NCBI RefSeq assembly: GCF_035084215.1
Contig: NW_027139666.1
Span: 868,001-932,000, forward strand
Direction of reading: 5' to 3'
Length of the DNA stretch: 64,000 bases
Source of the DNA: Heptranchias perlo
Lineage: Eukaryota
The position numbers and the translations under genes were made by a program. How positions within the stretch are numbered: position 1 is the first letter of the stretch; each line of letters begins with the position of its first letter. The notes below the pieces were generated by a model. It was not told where the DNA came from. It searched no databases and saw only the letters and a program-made list of their open reading frames with translations. Of this stretch, positions 37,195 through 49,909 are shown piece by piece.

Positions 37195-37545
37195 AGCTGT
37201 GAATGCCCCGTCCCACACACTCTCCCTCCTTGCCCCTATTAAGCTGTAAATCCCCCGTCCCACACTCTCCCTCCTTGCTCCTATTAAGCTGTAAATCCCC
37301 CGTCCCACACTCTCCCTCCTTGCCCCTGATGAGCTGTAAATCCCCCGTCCCACACACTATCCATTCTTGCCCCTATTAAGCTGTAAATCACCCGACCTAC
37401 ACTCTCCCTCCTTGCCATCATTAAGCTGTAAAACCCCTGTCCCACACTCTCCCTCCTTGCCCCAATTAAGCTTAAATCCCCCGTCCCACACACTCTCCCT
37501 CCTTGCCCCTATTAAGCTATGAATTCCCCCGTCCCACACACTCTG
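37195..37545 (+). repeat. 45-47-bp minisatellite, ~8 copies
   Basis: Unit tattaagctgtaaatcccccgtcccaca(ca)ctctccctccttgcccc. Confidence 0.93.
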
Positions 37546-37839
37546 CCTCCGTGACATGTCCTCGCTATTTGAAATCCAGATTCATCGCAGGATCTATTTT
37601 TCCTCCTTTTCGCTCCTGAAGGTTCTGCGTGATGTTGGGTTTCGGCCCCAGTCACTGTTTGCCCTCCAGTACCCGGCCAAATGGTAATTCTGCACCTGTG
37701 AGCCTGTACAGCGAGCTGCCGGAATTTCAACCATGGAGAGCAGCACAGTCACCGTCCCTGGCTGATTCTGTCCGGCAAAGCTGAGGCAAAAGGAAAGCAG
37801 ATCAACAACAACCTGCATTGACACTGAGCGGAGACTCAG

Positions 37840-38220
37840 CAACACCGAGTGCGGCTCACGCCCTGAATCAGAGTCGGGGGTCCCGGGGGATCGGGCGGGC
37901 GGGGGTCCCCGGACTCCATTACACCCATCATCCAGCGCCTACCCAGTCCTACCCGCCACTTCCCGGTTTCTTCTCCCGTTTCCACCGAGTCCGACTCGGG
38001 AACTAAGGAAAGGAGCGATGCGTTCCCAGAATGCACGGCGGGGCACGGGAGCATGCGCAGTCTGAGCGGAAAAATCAGCACCTTGGAGAGATAGAGGGGT
38101 TTCTCGGCCGCGGGGGATTGTGGGGCCTCCGGCCGCCATTAGTCGCAGTGCGTCGGTCACCGTTTGTATTGCCCGCGTCGCGCACAGAACCATTTCTCGA
38201 AATACAGACTGAGACATTCA
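37840..38220 (-). promoter_or_regulatory. CpG island / likely promoter and first exon of the ZNF gene
   Basis: CpG-rich; minus-strand AATGGCGGC (YY1-like) ~38132-38140, NRF1-like GCATGCGCA ~38051, candidate donor GC|GTGAGC ~37856. Linkage to the ZNF exon is inferred. Confidence 0.55.
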
Positions 38221-38261
38221 GAGCCGGTTTGCTGAACAGACACTGACCGTACAATGAAGAT

Positions 38262-38778
<517 letters not shown>

Positions 38779-38974
38779 TCATCTCGTTTTCTTGCTCAAG
38801 CATCAAGTTTAGCTTCATTATTTATTCAGGATTTTCGAAAGCAAAAGGATCTTTCAACCAACGCTTTTCCATCAAATTTTCAAATCCCTCTGCAGGGAAG
38901 TAGTGATCAAAATGGTCAGACAGAGCAGCGAGATGTAACTGTATGACACATTTCACTTCATTCCCTTTATCTTC

Positions 38975-40135
38975 CTCGATGCTGTTCTCTCCACCCCAGA
39001 GGGCTGTGGATGTTCAGTCGTTTAAATTGTTCAAGATTGAGTTTGATAGATTTTTGGACAAGGAAATCAAGGGATATGGGGATCGGGCAGTAAAGTGGTG
39101 TGGAGGTACAAAATCAGCCATGATCTATTGAATGGCGGAGCAGGCTCGAAGGGCCCTAAGGCCACCTGCTGCTCATATTTCATCTGTTCTTATCCTGCCA
39201 GAGGTGCGGTGCCCAGAACTGAATACAATACTTTAAATGAGGTCTAACCAGAGCTCTGTATAACTGTGACATAAATTCCACTCCTTTTTATTCCGGATCC
39301 CTTGAGATAAAAATCAAAATTCCATTACCATTTTAACTTTTATTTGCATTTTTAGTGAATTCTGCATTTGGTCCACAAATCTCTCTCCTCCCCCACAGTT
39401 CCTAACTTCTCCGCATTTAGAAAATACTTTGATCTATCTTTTTATGGTCCAAATTGGATGACGTCACGCTTCCCCACGTTGAACTCCATCTGCCACAGTT
39501 TTGCCCACTCACTTAATCTATCAATTTCCCTTTGCAACTTTCTGCTCCAATCTATAATGTTAATTGTGCCACCTAACTTAGTGTCATCAGCACACTTGGA
39601 TATAAGGCTCTCTACATAAGAACGTAAGAAATAGGAGCAGGAGCAGGCCATACGGCCCCACGAGCCCTCTCTGCCATTCAATCAGATCAGGGCTGATCTT
39701 CGACCTCAACTCCACTTTCGCACCCGATCCCCATATCCCTTGATTCCCGGAGATTCCAATAATCTATCGATCTCAGCTTTGAATATACTCAACGACTGAG
39801 CATCCACAGCCCTCAGGGGTAGAGAATTCCAAAGATTCATAACCCTTTGAGTGCAGAAATTTTTCTCATATCGGTCCTAAATGGCCGACTCCTTATCTTG
39901 TGACTATGAGCTCCAGTTCTTGACTCTCCAGCGAGGGGAATCAGCCACTCAGCATCTACCCTGTCAAGCCATCTAAGAATGTTATACATTTCAATGAGAT
40001 CACCTCTCATTCTTCTATCTCCACAGAATATAGGCCAATTTTACACAATATTTCCTCATACTGCAATTGCAGCAAGACCTCCTTAATCTTATATTCCAAA
40101 ACCCTTACAATAAAGGCTACCATTTCATTTGCCAT
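38975..40135. mobile_element. Cluster of CR1 fragments (plus-strand 3' end ~38975-39190; minus-strand pieces ~39200-39615 and ~39616-40135)
   Basis: FKIEFDRFL, KCADDTKLGG, WQMEFN motifs; TTCTTA(C/T)G tail at ~39616-39632. Confidence 0.82.
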
Positions 40136-40337
40136 CCTAACTCTCATTGGACCCTTTGCAGCTCACTATTTCCAGCATGTTTTTCCTCTATTCCTTCTAT
40201 AGGGAAAATAAATGAAGGCTGAATTCATTTTACTACACCTATACTCGTTTATGTTTTGGAAACAATATCCAACTGAACTGCATCAAATTCAATACTTAAG
40301 AGTTTCTGAAGGAAATGAACTAATGAGAACACTTAAT

Positions 40338-40409
40338 TGCGATGGCCGGGAATCGAACCCGAATCAATTGCTTAGAAGGCAACAATGCTCACCACTATAC
40401 CACCATCGC
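40338..40409 (-). tRNA. tRNA-Gly(TCC)-type gene body with TCT anticodon (variant or pseudogene)
   Basis: GCGATGGTGGTATAGTGGTGAGCATTGTTGCCT-TCT-AAGCAATTGATTCGGGTTCGATTCCCGGCCATCGCA: 72 nt, intact A and B boxes, paired acceptor, anticodon and T stems. Confidence 0.88.
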
Positions 40410-40525
40410 TGACCATCCATCATCATAAAATAGTTGTTAAACATCATACCCTGAACAGACACCGCAAGCGGTTGGATTTTGTTCTTCATTTGAACCGGTT
40501 TCCGACTGACCATTTCTCGCTCTTT

Positions 40526-40557
40526 TGTAGTTCACGTCTCCGCCCAGTAGATGTCGC
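40526..40557 (+). promoter_or_regulatory. CTCF-like site 5' of the tRNA gene
   Basis: TGTAGTTC-acgtctccgc-CCAGTAGATGTCGC. Confidence 0.6.
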
Positions 40558-40619
40558 AAACCCCCCAACCAATGGAAGTGACACACTATCCAGTTTTTCG
40601 GCCGCATTATCCATTTCGT

Positions 40620-40825
40620 GAGGTTATATAATTACATTAAATGATTACGGAGACCGGACTACCAGCTGGGCACGACTGGCTGCTTAATATTCAAGTCTAT
40701 AAGATCTTTAGAAAGGACAGAGAAGTAGGGAAAGGAGGGAGACCAGCAATATTGCTAAAGGACAATATTACAGCAGTTGAAAGATAGAATATCAGTGAGG
40801 GTGAGCGGGCAGTGTAAACACTCTG
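40620..40825 (+). mobile_element. CR1 ORF2 endonuclease fragment
   Basis: Translates to ITETGLPAGHDWLLNIQVYKIFRKDREVGKGGRPAILLKDNITAVER, homologous to the EN at 34459-35556. Confidence 0.8.
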
Positions 40826-40933
40826 AGAGAGACCCACTGCAAATGCCCCCACTGTACTCCTCCAGAAGGTATAAGAAGGGCGAGAGCAGGAGAGTTCTTT
40901 ATTCTGCATGAACGTATTTGTGAGATTGTGGAA

Positions 40934-41317
40934 ATGTCTGGAAGAGGAAAAACCGGCGTTAAAGCTCGGGCCAAGGCCAAGCCTCGCTCATCCCGGGCCG
41001 GTACTGTCGTTCCCTGTGGACCGTGTTCACATGCTCCTGCGAAAGTGGAAATCCGCTGAATGTGGGTGCCGGAGTCCCGTTCTATCTGGCTATTGTGCTC
41101 GAGTATCTGACGGCTGAAATCCTCGAGCTGGCCGCCAACGTAGCCCACGACAACACGAAGACCCGCATCATCCCCAGACACCTGCAGCTGGCCATCCACA
41201 ACGAGGAGGAGCTCCACAAGCTGCTGGGACGGGTGACCATCGCTCAGGGTGTCGCCAGATATCCAGGCCGTGCTGCTGCCGAAGAAAACCAGCATTGTCT
41301 GCTCCAAGAGCAAGTAA
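40934..41317 (+). pseudogene. H2A: Histone H2A pseudogene (frameshifts, stem-loop lost)
   Basis: [14 protein letters not shown] start, indels at ~41000-41060 and ~41250, TAA at 41315-41317. The 3'UTR ends at acccaaagg, where CR1 sequence begins. Confidence 0.95.
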
Positions 41318-41349
41318 AGCGGCAAGGATTTAATCTGATAACCCAAAGG

Positions 41350-42545
41350 ACAGGACCAACCTTATTGAAATCTTTGAAGAAGGAACAGAAATTGAATACA
41401 AGTTTAAAGCATTAGATTAAATATATTTGGATTTTCCGAAGGCCTTCGATAAGGTTTCGCGTTGTAGACTCATGGCTAATTTCAGAGCAAGTGGAGTCAG
41501 GGGACAGGTGGTGGAATGGATCGTAAGCTGGCGACAAAGCAGAAAACCGAGAATAGAGGTTAAGAGTCGCTACTCAGACTGGCAAAAGATGGGAAGTGAT
41601 GTTCCAGTTGCTGGGACTACTGTTCTTCACAATTTACATTGACAATTTTGAAACGGGAATCGGAAGTACAATTTCAAAATGTGTCGACGACTCCAAATTG
41701 GGGGATGTATTTAATACAAAGGAAGAATGTAGCAAATTGCAAGAGGACATTAATAAACTTGCAGAATGGAGAATAAGAAGGTCACACACTGCTTGGATAA
41801 TAAGAGTCTAAACGGGATAGAGGAGAAAAGGGATCAAGGGGTACAGATATAAAAATTACAAGAAGTAGCGACGCAGCTCAATAAGGTCATAAAAGAAAAA
41901 TCAAACACTAAGATTCATTTCGAGGGGGATAGATTTGAAAACAAAGAAGTTATGTTAAAATTGTATGGGACCTTGGTTAGACCACACTTGGAGTATGGTG
42001 CACAGTTCTGGTCTCCATGTTATAGAAAGGACGGAGAGGGATTGGAGAAGGTGCAAAAAAGATTCACAAAGGTGATACCAGAAATGAGAGGATATTCTTA
42101 TCAGGAAATGTTGAACAGGCTGGGGCTCATTTCACTAGAAAAGAGAAGGCTGAGGGTTGAAATGATAGAAGTCTTCAAGATAATGATAAGGTTTGAAAGG
42201 GGAGACGCAGGGAAAATGATTCCACTTGTGGGGAGTCCAACACTTCAGGTAATAAATATAAAATAGTCGCTAATAAATCCAATAGGGAATTCAGGAGAAA
42301 CTGCTTTACCCAAAGATTGGGAAGAATGTGGAAATCGCTCCCCAAGGATTCGTTGAGGAAAATAACATAGGGGCATTTAAGGGGAAGATAGAGAAGGACA
42401 TGAGGGAGAAAGGAATAGAAGGGTGTTGTGATAGAGTTAGATGAAGTAAGGAAGGAGGAGGCTCACGTGGAGCATGAACACCGTCACAGACCAATTCGGC
42501 CGAATGGCCTGTTTCTGTACCTTGGTTTCGATGTAACTCGATATA
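41350..42545 (+). mobile_element. Decayed CR1 ORF2 RT region through the 3' end
   Basis: TNLIE.FEE, DFPKAFDKV, CVDDSKLG, LVRPHLEYGAQFWSP; 3'UTR ggccgaatggcctgtttctgt. Confidence 0.88.
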
Positions 42546-43084
42546 AAGGCTCATGTTCAGATCCACCCACTGAATGTGTAAAAAGACTGGTTACTGACTG
42601 AAGGAGACGCTGATATCATGCGACCAGTGTTACTTTGAGCTTCTTTTGTCTCGGTGTAGACGAGATGGGGTATTAATGGGACTGGAGTCGGGGAACCGAC
42701 CACAGTCCGGTACTTTAAACGGTGACTTATGAACCCCAGCCCACACATCATCAGATTTCTTGTATTTATTTAAAATAGTTGCCATGCTGGGCTCGTAAGG
42801 CATCACCAGAACTGTTCGACTAACCTTTCTACATCTGTGGGATTCAGTGCTTCGCTCCGTTTCTGTTATATTTTGTTGGATTATTTAAATAACGCATCAA
42901 ACACACTGGGGAATCACTGAAATGTAACTCTGTACAGAAACAAATGACAGTGAATTACCTGGTGCCCAGGAGATCAGAAACATTACTCGCCTTTCGTCTT
43001 GTTGACTTGTCAACCGTGTTTAGAGTCCAACTACCCGCGTTGCTTCCATGTAAAGGATTTAACAGAGAGGGCGGGAGTGGAGGA

Positions 43085-43615
43085 GAAAGAGTGACAGACA
43101 GAGCAGAGAGCGGCCTCTGATCTTCCAGCTCCACCTCCAGCTTTCTCCACCCGCCAATTTCAAACCGTTTATCGATAATAGAACCGAAACACAGCGCTCT
43201 GGACAAACCCTTACAGACTCGGACTTCATATTCAAGGATTTCCAGAAACCCGGAGCTTTTAAATAAGCCCCGTTACAATTAACAGTCAGTCATATTCCTG
43301 CCTAAATACAGTCCCTTCTATTACAAGTCAACCCGCCTCCTTCCATTTCAGTCCCAGTCTCCCCCGATTCTATCTCCCCACACATCCCCTCCCGGACGGG
43401 TTCAGCAGTTTACAAAACACTTTATTCTAGCTGATTTCGAGAATCTCATGTGTTGGGGTTTGAGTTGAGACGCGATGCTTCTCCGCTAGTGGTACCGTCT
43501 CACCGAGACTCTCACCCTGAATCTGTGAAAAAGAAATTACCATGAACTGGGACTGAAGCCGAACACATCCCCGGTTACACTGCGGCCCGGCCCGGACAAC
43601 CCATTCTCTCTGTTT
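43085..43615 (-). other. Inverted orphan copy of the H1-H4 spacer / distal H4 promoter
   Basis: Reverse complement of ~4520-5030; stops before the H4 site II/TATA. Confidence 0.88.
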
Positions 43616-44539
43616 TATGTCAGACAGTATCCCACCTTCATGTCCAGCACAACAGAGAGACAAACATACACTGACAGTCGTACACTTCCTATCAGTGTGT
43701 TCATATCAAGCTCAATAGCAGCATCCCACATTCATATACAGCACCAGAGAGAGACAGAGAGAGGGAGACAGGGAGACAGAAACGGTGAGAGAGAACACGG
43801 AGAGACAAAGTGCCACAGTATCAGTTGCAGACTAACCTGTAAAGTTTCGTTTTATCCAGAAAGATCCCATTGGAGAGACAAAAGATGCAATCTCATCTCT
43901 CACTGATATTGCACCAGAGGCAGACACACTATTAATCCCACACTCAGTTCAGAGAGTGACAAAAACAATGGGCCACATTTAACCCTCTCTTGCCTGTTGT
44001 ACTTTATTCTGTTTTGCAGCTCAGGGACGTTCAGTATTACTCTCAGTAATCGAGAGTTGCATTCTGATTAAATTAATCTGGGACCAGTGCTGTCAGATAT
44101 TAATCCTACACGATCCCAACAAACACATCGACTCACTCTTTCCTCCTTTTTTCTAAAGGATTGGTTTGAGAAATCCTGCCCCCGCCCCAGTTTCTTCCTC
44201 ACGCTTCAGTTTTATCAGTAAAGAGTGCAAGAATGAATCAAAGCCATTTATCAGCCGCCCACTTTATCTATGAAAGGCTCTTTACCATCAAAAGATACCG
44301 AGAGAAACAGCAGGGATGGAAACATCTAGTTTAATAGTTAGAGATTGTAAAGTCAGTCTGGATTCCAGCGTTAGGCACAGGTGGAATCCCATCTGTTTCC
44401 CATTCTGGTGCCTGTTCCTGCACTGCCTGTGGACCCCATTCCCTCTGACCTTTCCCCCAGACCCACTTCCTTTGCTCAGACTCTGAAAAATTCCAATTGG
44501 GGAAAGTTTCCATCGATTTGTGCATTGGGAATTAAACCA

Positions 44540-45721
44540 GATAGCTGCGCATGCGCGGCTCAGCTCCGCCCCCAGGGCTGGTTGTTGGTGAGCAGAAGAG
44601 CGCATGCGCGCTCTCCTCCACCACTCGGCCTGTGGGCGCCATTCCCTCAGTGAGCGAAAGAAGATGGTTTAAAACAGCCGGGACTGTAGAGATCACGGCC
44701 TCCGGAGGAAGGGAGCAAAGAGCAGCCTCGTTAAAGCAGCTCATCGCTTCGGGACCGTGTCCGCAGATGGGCTCAGAGATCGGCATTGAGTCCGGAGGAA
44801 GGGCCGGGGGAGTCCGGGGGCTGTTTGTAAGAGGCGGAGTGGATCAGGAACTGGTCCCGGAACATGGAGTGAGCGGGGGAAGGGAGAGGCCATTCTCGGG
44901 CTGTGTGTGTACAGGGTGTGTCCAGGGTAAGGGAGACAGAATGGGAAGAACCTGCTATTTAGAATCAATGCTGCTTTCTCTCCCCAAACCAGTAGTGAAT
45001 GTTCCTGGTTTCGTTCCAGTCTCACCCTGTTTATTGTTATTGGACAGTGAAGAGTGGAACCAGAGCCGGACAGTAAGGATGTGGGGAGTTTTCCAAAGAG
45101 CATCTATTGCAGGGATCAGGTGAGAAGTGTGAAGGACACATTTTAAACAACGGCTGTTTGCTTTCATTTGAACGGTAAGTCCCATGGGAGAGGGGATTAG
45201 AAACCTGACCTGTACAAAGGTCCCTGCCCCATCGGGTTGTCCCATTCATGGATCAGTGCAGGGGTTGGGTTGTGTCTGGATGTCACTAAATCGTTGTAAA
45301 ATTGCACAACACACCTGGTGTGCAGAAGCTGAGTGCTGCAGTACTGCAGTGGAGTCAGACACTGACACTGCTTGTATCACTGGTTTTCATTTGTCGATAT
45401 TCAAAATAATCATTGACATGGATATTAATTCGAATACTTTTGTATTTTCTACCTCACTGGTTCTTGAGTTACAAGAGATAAATTTCTTCCTACAGGCAAA
45501 TCCTTGAAGGACCCAGAATCAGTGTTATGTTTCCTCCACTCGAGGCACAAGGAACAGTGCAGCCAACTCCTTCTCCCACACAGTAAGTACATTATCACAC
45601 ACAGCGCACAGAGACACGGAGAGGTCATCAGTTCCACAGTCTCAGACAGTAGAAGCACTCAGTCCCACACTGATCCCAAGTTTCACAGGCACATTTTCAA
45701 TCCAACATTCAAACAGAGCAG
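44540..45721 (+). ncRNA. Non-coding module copy 3 (NRF1 sites 44546-44556 and 44600-44609; predicted exons 45048-45119 and 45496-45721)
   Basis: Inverted paralogue of 339-1520 with all four splice dinucleotides retained. A further isolated exon copy lies at 52210-52433. Confidence 0.4.
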
Positions 45722-48700
45722 GTGAGGCAGACGCTGTTCCATTTCCCCCGAGCTGAGTCCCGTTGACAGGCAGATACAAAAATCCCAGTCCAAGTTCACA
45801 CTATCAGATTGAAAGGCACTATGTCAATCTCACAATAGGGCAACATTAGGTACGAATTAAATCACAGATCGAAATCACACATGGCAACCGATTGGAAGTT
45901 ACATAATCTATCCCAATAATGTACCCTGAGATTCCAATTGAATACTGGCTCAGAACTCACACACACATGTGAGTTTAATACACTATCCGAATGGATATTG
46001 CATGTATCATGTGATACAAATTCCATAACAGTCCAAAACTCATGTACAGTATCAGATTGAGAAATGCTGTGACAGTGTAACCTGAGAAACAAATTAGATA
46101 TCAGTTTATAATACACTCATAGTCTGAGATTTAAAGATACAGTATCAATTCTATTAGTACAGACTGAGCTACACATTATATACCATTTGAAAAGTGTCAC
46201 CATATCAATTTGAAATATACATTATCATTCACATTTGTACTTACAGAGATACAGATTTAATCGTAGTTCAAAAAGCAGACAAATTATCTAATTAAAACCT
46301 ACAGCGTCAAATCCTAAAGTGTACCCATATTTACCAGTTAAATAATGAGATATGACCTAAACATGAAGATATTAAAGCTACCATTTTGAACGCAATAATG
46401 CAATCTGAGAGAATAATTACATACAAATACAGAATGAATCTCACACTCAGATACAGTACCAGAGACTGAAAGATGCAGAAGGAATCCTAAAATCACATAC
46501 ATTGCTGGAGACTGACAGACACAGAGCGAATCCTACACTCACATATGGTACCAGAGTTGACAGATACTGAATGAATCCCACACTGGCATACAGTACCAAG
46601 GACTGATAGATATCTGGTTAATTACTCACTCTCATAAAGTACTAGAGGCTGACAGATAAATAATGGCACCCACATTCACACAGTACCAGAGACTGTCAGA
46701 TAGTGAATGCATCCCACACCAACACGCAGTCTGAGAGGCTGCATATTTAGAATGAATTCAACACCCACATACAAGACTGGAGACTGAAAGACACAGAATA
46801 AATCCCACACTCACAGTATCGGAGACTGCATATATAGAATAAATCACAAACTCACACACACGACTGACAAGATACAGAATGAATCTCACACTCACACACT
46901 GTTCCAGAGACTGGGAGATACAAAATGAATCACACATTAGTGCAGGCTGAGTAACACATTACTTACCAGTCCAAGAAGTATCAGATTGAAAGACACAATA
47001 TCATTTCCATTACTGCAGACTGATCTACACATTATAAACCACGACAAAAAACTGATGCAAATTCACTCTTAAATATACAGTTTTCCATTCATGCAGAGTG
47101 AGCTACACATCATGTACAAGTTCAAAAATGTCACCATATCAGTTTGGAAGATAAACTAATTCACAATTGTTTTCCCATCGATACAGATTTAATATAAGTC
47201 CAAAAAGTGCCCACATTCTCTGATTATAACCTAAAACATCACATTTTAAAATGTATCATTATCTACCAATTAAACACTGCGAAAAATATTGATACATTGA
47301 GGTGTTAAAGATAGTTTTGAACACCATACTGTAAACGGAGATGCAAATTACATACAGATAAAGAATGAATTTCAAACTCAGATAGAGGGCCAGGTACTGA
47401 CATGCAGATTGAAACCAGCACTCACACAATGTAACAGTGACTGACAGATACCGAATGAATCCTGCACTCACACACAGTACAAGGGACTGACAGACATAGA
47501 ATGAATCACACACTCCCACATTACCAGAGACTGACAAATAGAATGAAACCCACACTCGCACAATATACCAGTGACTGACAGATACAGAATGAATCCTACA
47601 CTCTCACACTGTAGCACAGACTGACAGAGACAACAGTTATATCACTCACAAACAGTACTAGAAATTGATAGATGCAGAATGGATGACTCCCTCACATTTT
47701 GCGTCTGACACTGAGGGGAACAGAATGAAACCCTCATTCACACACAATGCCAGGGACTAACAGATATTGAATGAATCCCACACTCACAGACTGTACCAGA
47801 GACTGACAGATACAGAATGAATCCCACACTCACATACAGATAGAGAGACTGACAAACACAGAATGAATACCACCCCACATACAGCACCAGAGACTGACAG
47901 ATACAAAATTAAGCTCACTCACACACAGTAACAGAAATTGACAGGAACACAATGAATCCCACACTCACAGACAGTACTCACAGACATTATTGCAGATCTG
48001 AACTGCACATTACATACCAGTCCAATAATTTCACCATGAACAGATTGAAAGGTACATTATCATTCACATATGAGTTCAGAGATTAAGATGTAATGCTACT
48101 CCAAAACCCACACACGTGGTTTGATCAAAGAAAATCGAAAAATATATCCATATTTAGAAATTAAACACTTGACAAAAAACTGCATATACTTTAAAGTATT
48201 AAAGATACAGTTTCAAGTAAAATACTGGGAACTGAAATAAGAATACAGAATTAATTCAGATTTGCACTTTGTCTCAGGGACTGAATGACAGAATGAATGC
48301 CACACTTAGATAAAGTAGCAGATAATGGCAGATGCAGAATGAATCCCACACTCACAGATAGCACCAGAGACTGACAGTAACAGAGTTAATTCCACACTTA
48401 TACACAGTACCTGAGACTGGCAGAAACAGAATTAATCCCACTCTCATAGACAGTGAAAGAGACTGGCAGATACAGAATGATCCCAAACTCATATGTCGTG
48501 CCAGAGACTGAGAGATACAGAATAAGTACTATGCTCACACTCAGTACCAGAGAATGACAGATGCAGAATGAATCCCACACACACAGTATCAGAGATTGAC
48601 AGATACAGATGAAATCCCGCTCTCATACACAGTACAAGAGACTGACCTCTACTGGACGTAGGCGAGAACTGTAAAAGAGCGGAACAAATTCACATCATCT

Positions 48701-49449
48701 GTCGTGGTGACAGAAACAGGACAATGTGCAATGTGAGGAAAGTTTCAGTCTGTCACTTCTACTCTAGTAATTTTGCACGTTTTGTGATTGGAAAATGAAG
48801 GCAATTAATTCAAAATAAAGTTTTTGTTTCAATCATTCGATAGTTGTGAATTTACCCCGTTATTTTTCACTGACATTGCACAGTATTTCTCTCTAATTTC
48901 ACAGGACACGATTTACATTGTTCCTCTACCCCATTTAAGCTCATATTTTCCAGGCAGTATGTGGCCTCCTTATTCCCCTAACAAATTGCTCCAGCTCACA
49001 ACTTTCTATATTGAAATTCAATACACATTTACACGGCCGTTCTGCAAGTATTGGCTATAATCCCAAAATCAATTACAAGAATTTAACACAGCATTAAAAC
49101 GAATGTTTGGTATAACAAAATGTATTTGCATCTCGTCTCCATTCCCAGTTTTTCTTAATCCCACTCGTGCAATATAATGTGAAGAATGAGTTTATCTGCT
49201 GTCCCTCTCTCATCTGCAAACTTCAATGTCCCGGGGTTTGGGGACATCTACAGGCTGGAAGCAGAACTGCAACAGTTCGGAACAAATTGCTGAAACCGGA
49301 CAATGTGCAGTGTGAGCGAGTTTGTGATTGGTGGCAGGTGCTAAATCTGATTGGTTTCTTCAGGTATCCAATCAGAGAGTTACAGTGACTAGTTATTGTG
49401 ACACTCCTCCCAGTGACCCAATCATAATCATTGCCTTCCCCCATCCTTC

Positions 49450-49481
49450 ATTAGCATAAGGCTGTGGGGCTGCCTATTTAA
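49450..49481 (+). promoter_or_regulatory. H2B octamer-like element and TATA
   Basis: ATTAGCAT at 49450-49457 and TATTTAA at 49475-49481; same arrangement at 62198-62205. Confidence 0.7.
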
Positions 49482-49534
49482 TCCGAGCTCGGAGCACATT
49501 TGGGTCATTTCTGTGTCTGAGATTGAGTTTGAAA

Positions 49535-49909
49535 ATGCCTGAGGACAAGAAAGTAGCTGCCAAGAAGGGCGCCAAGAAAACCTTGAGGAAAGCACCGGCC
49601 AAGGGCGGCAAGAAGCGGAGAAAGTCGAGGAAGGAGAGTTACTCCATCTACGTTTACAAAGTGATGAAGCAGGTTCACCCCGACACCGGCATCTCCTCCA
49701 AGGCCATGAGCATCATGAACTCCTTTGTGAACGATATTTTCGAGCGCATCGCGGGTGAGGCTTCCCGCCTGGTCCATTATAATAAACGGCGCACCATCAG
49801 CTCCCGGGAGATCCAGAGCGCCGTGCGCCTGTTGCTGCCCGGAGAACTGGCCAAGCACGCCGTGTCGGAAGGGACAAAGGCGGTGACCAAGTACACCAGC
49901 TCCAAGTAA
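49535..49909 (+). CDS. H2B: Histone H2B copy 2, 124 aa, intact ORF with several substitutions and a damaged stem-loop
   Basis: [19 protein letters not shown]...[20 protein letters not shown]; stem-loop reads TGCTCT-TTTA-AGAGTT at 49940-49955. Confidence 0.88.
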   Translation: MPEDKKVAAKKGAKKTLRKAPAKGGKKRRKSRKESYSIYVYKVMKQVHPDTGISSKAMSIMNSFVNDIFERIAGEASRLVHYNKRRTISSREIQSAVRLLLPGELAKHAVSEGTKAVTKYTSSK

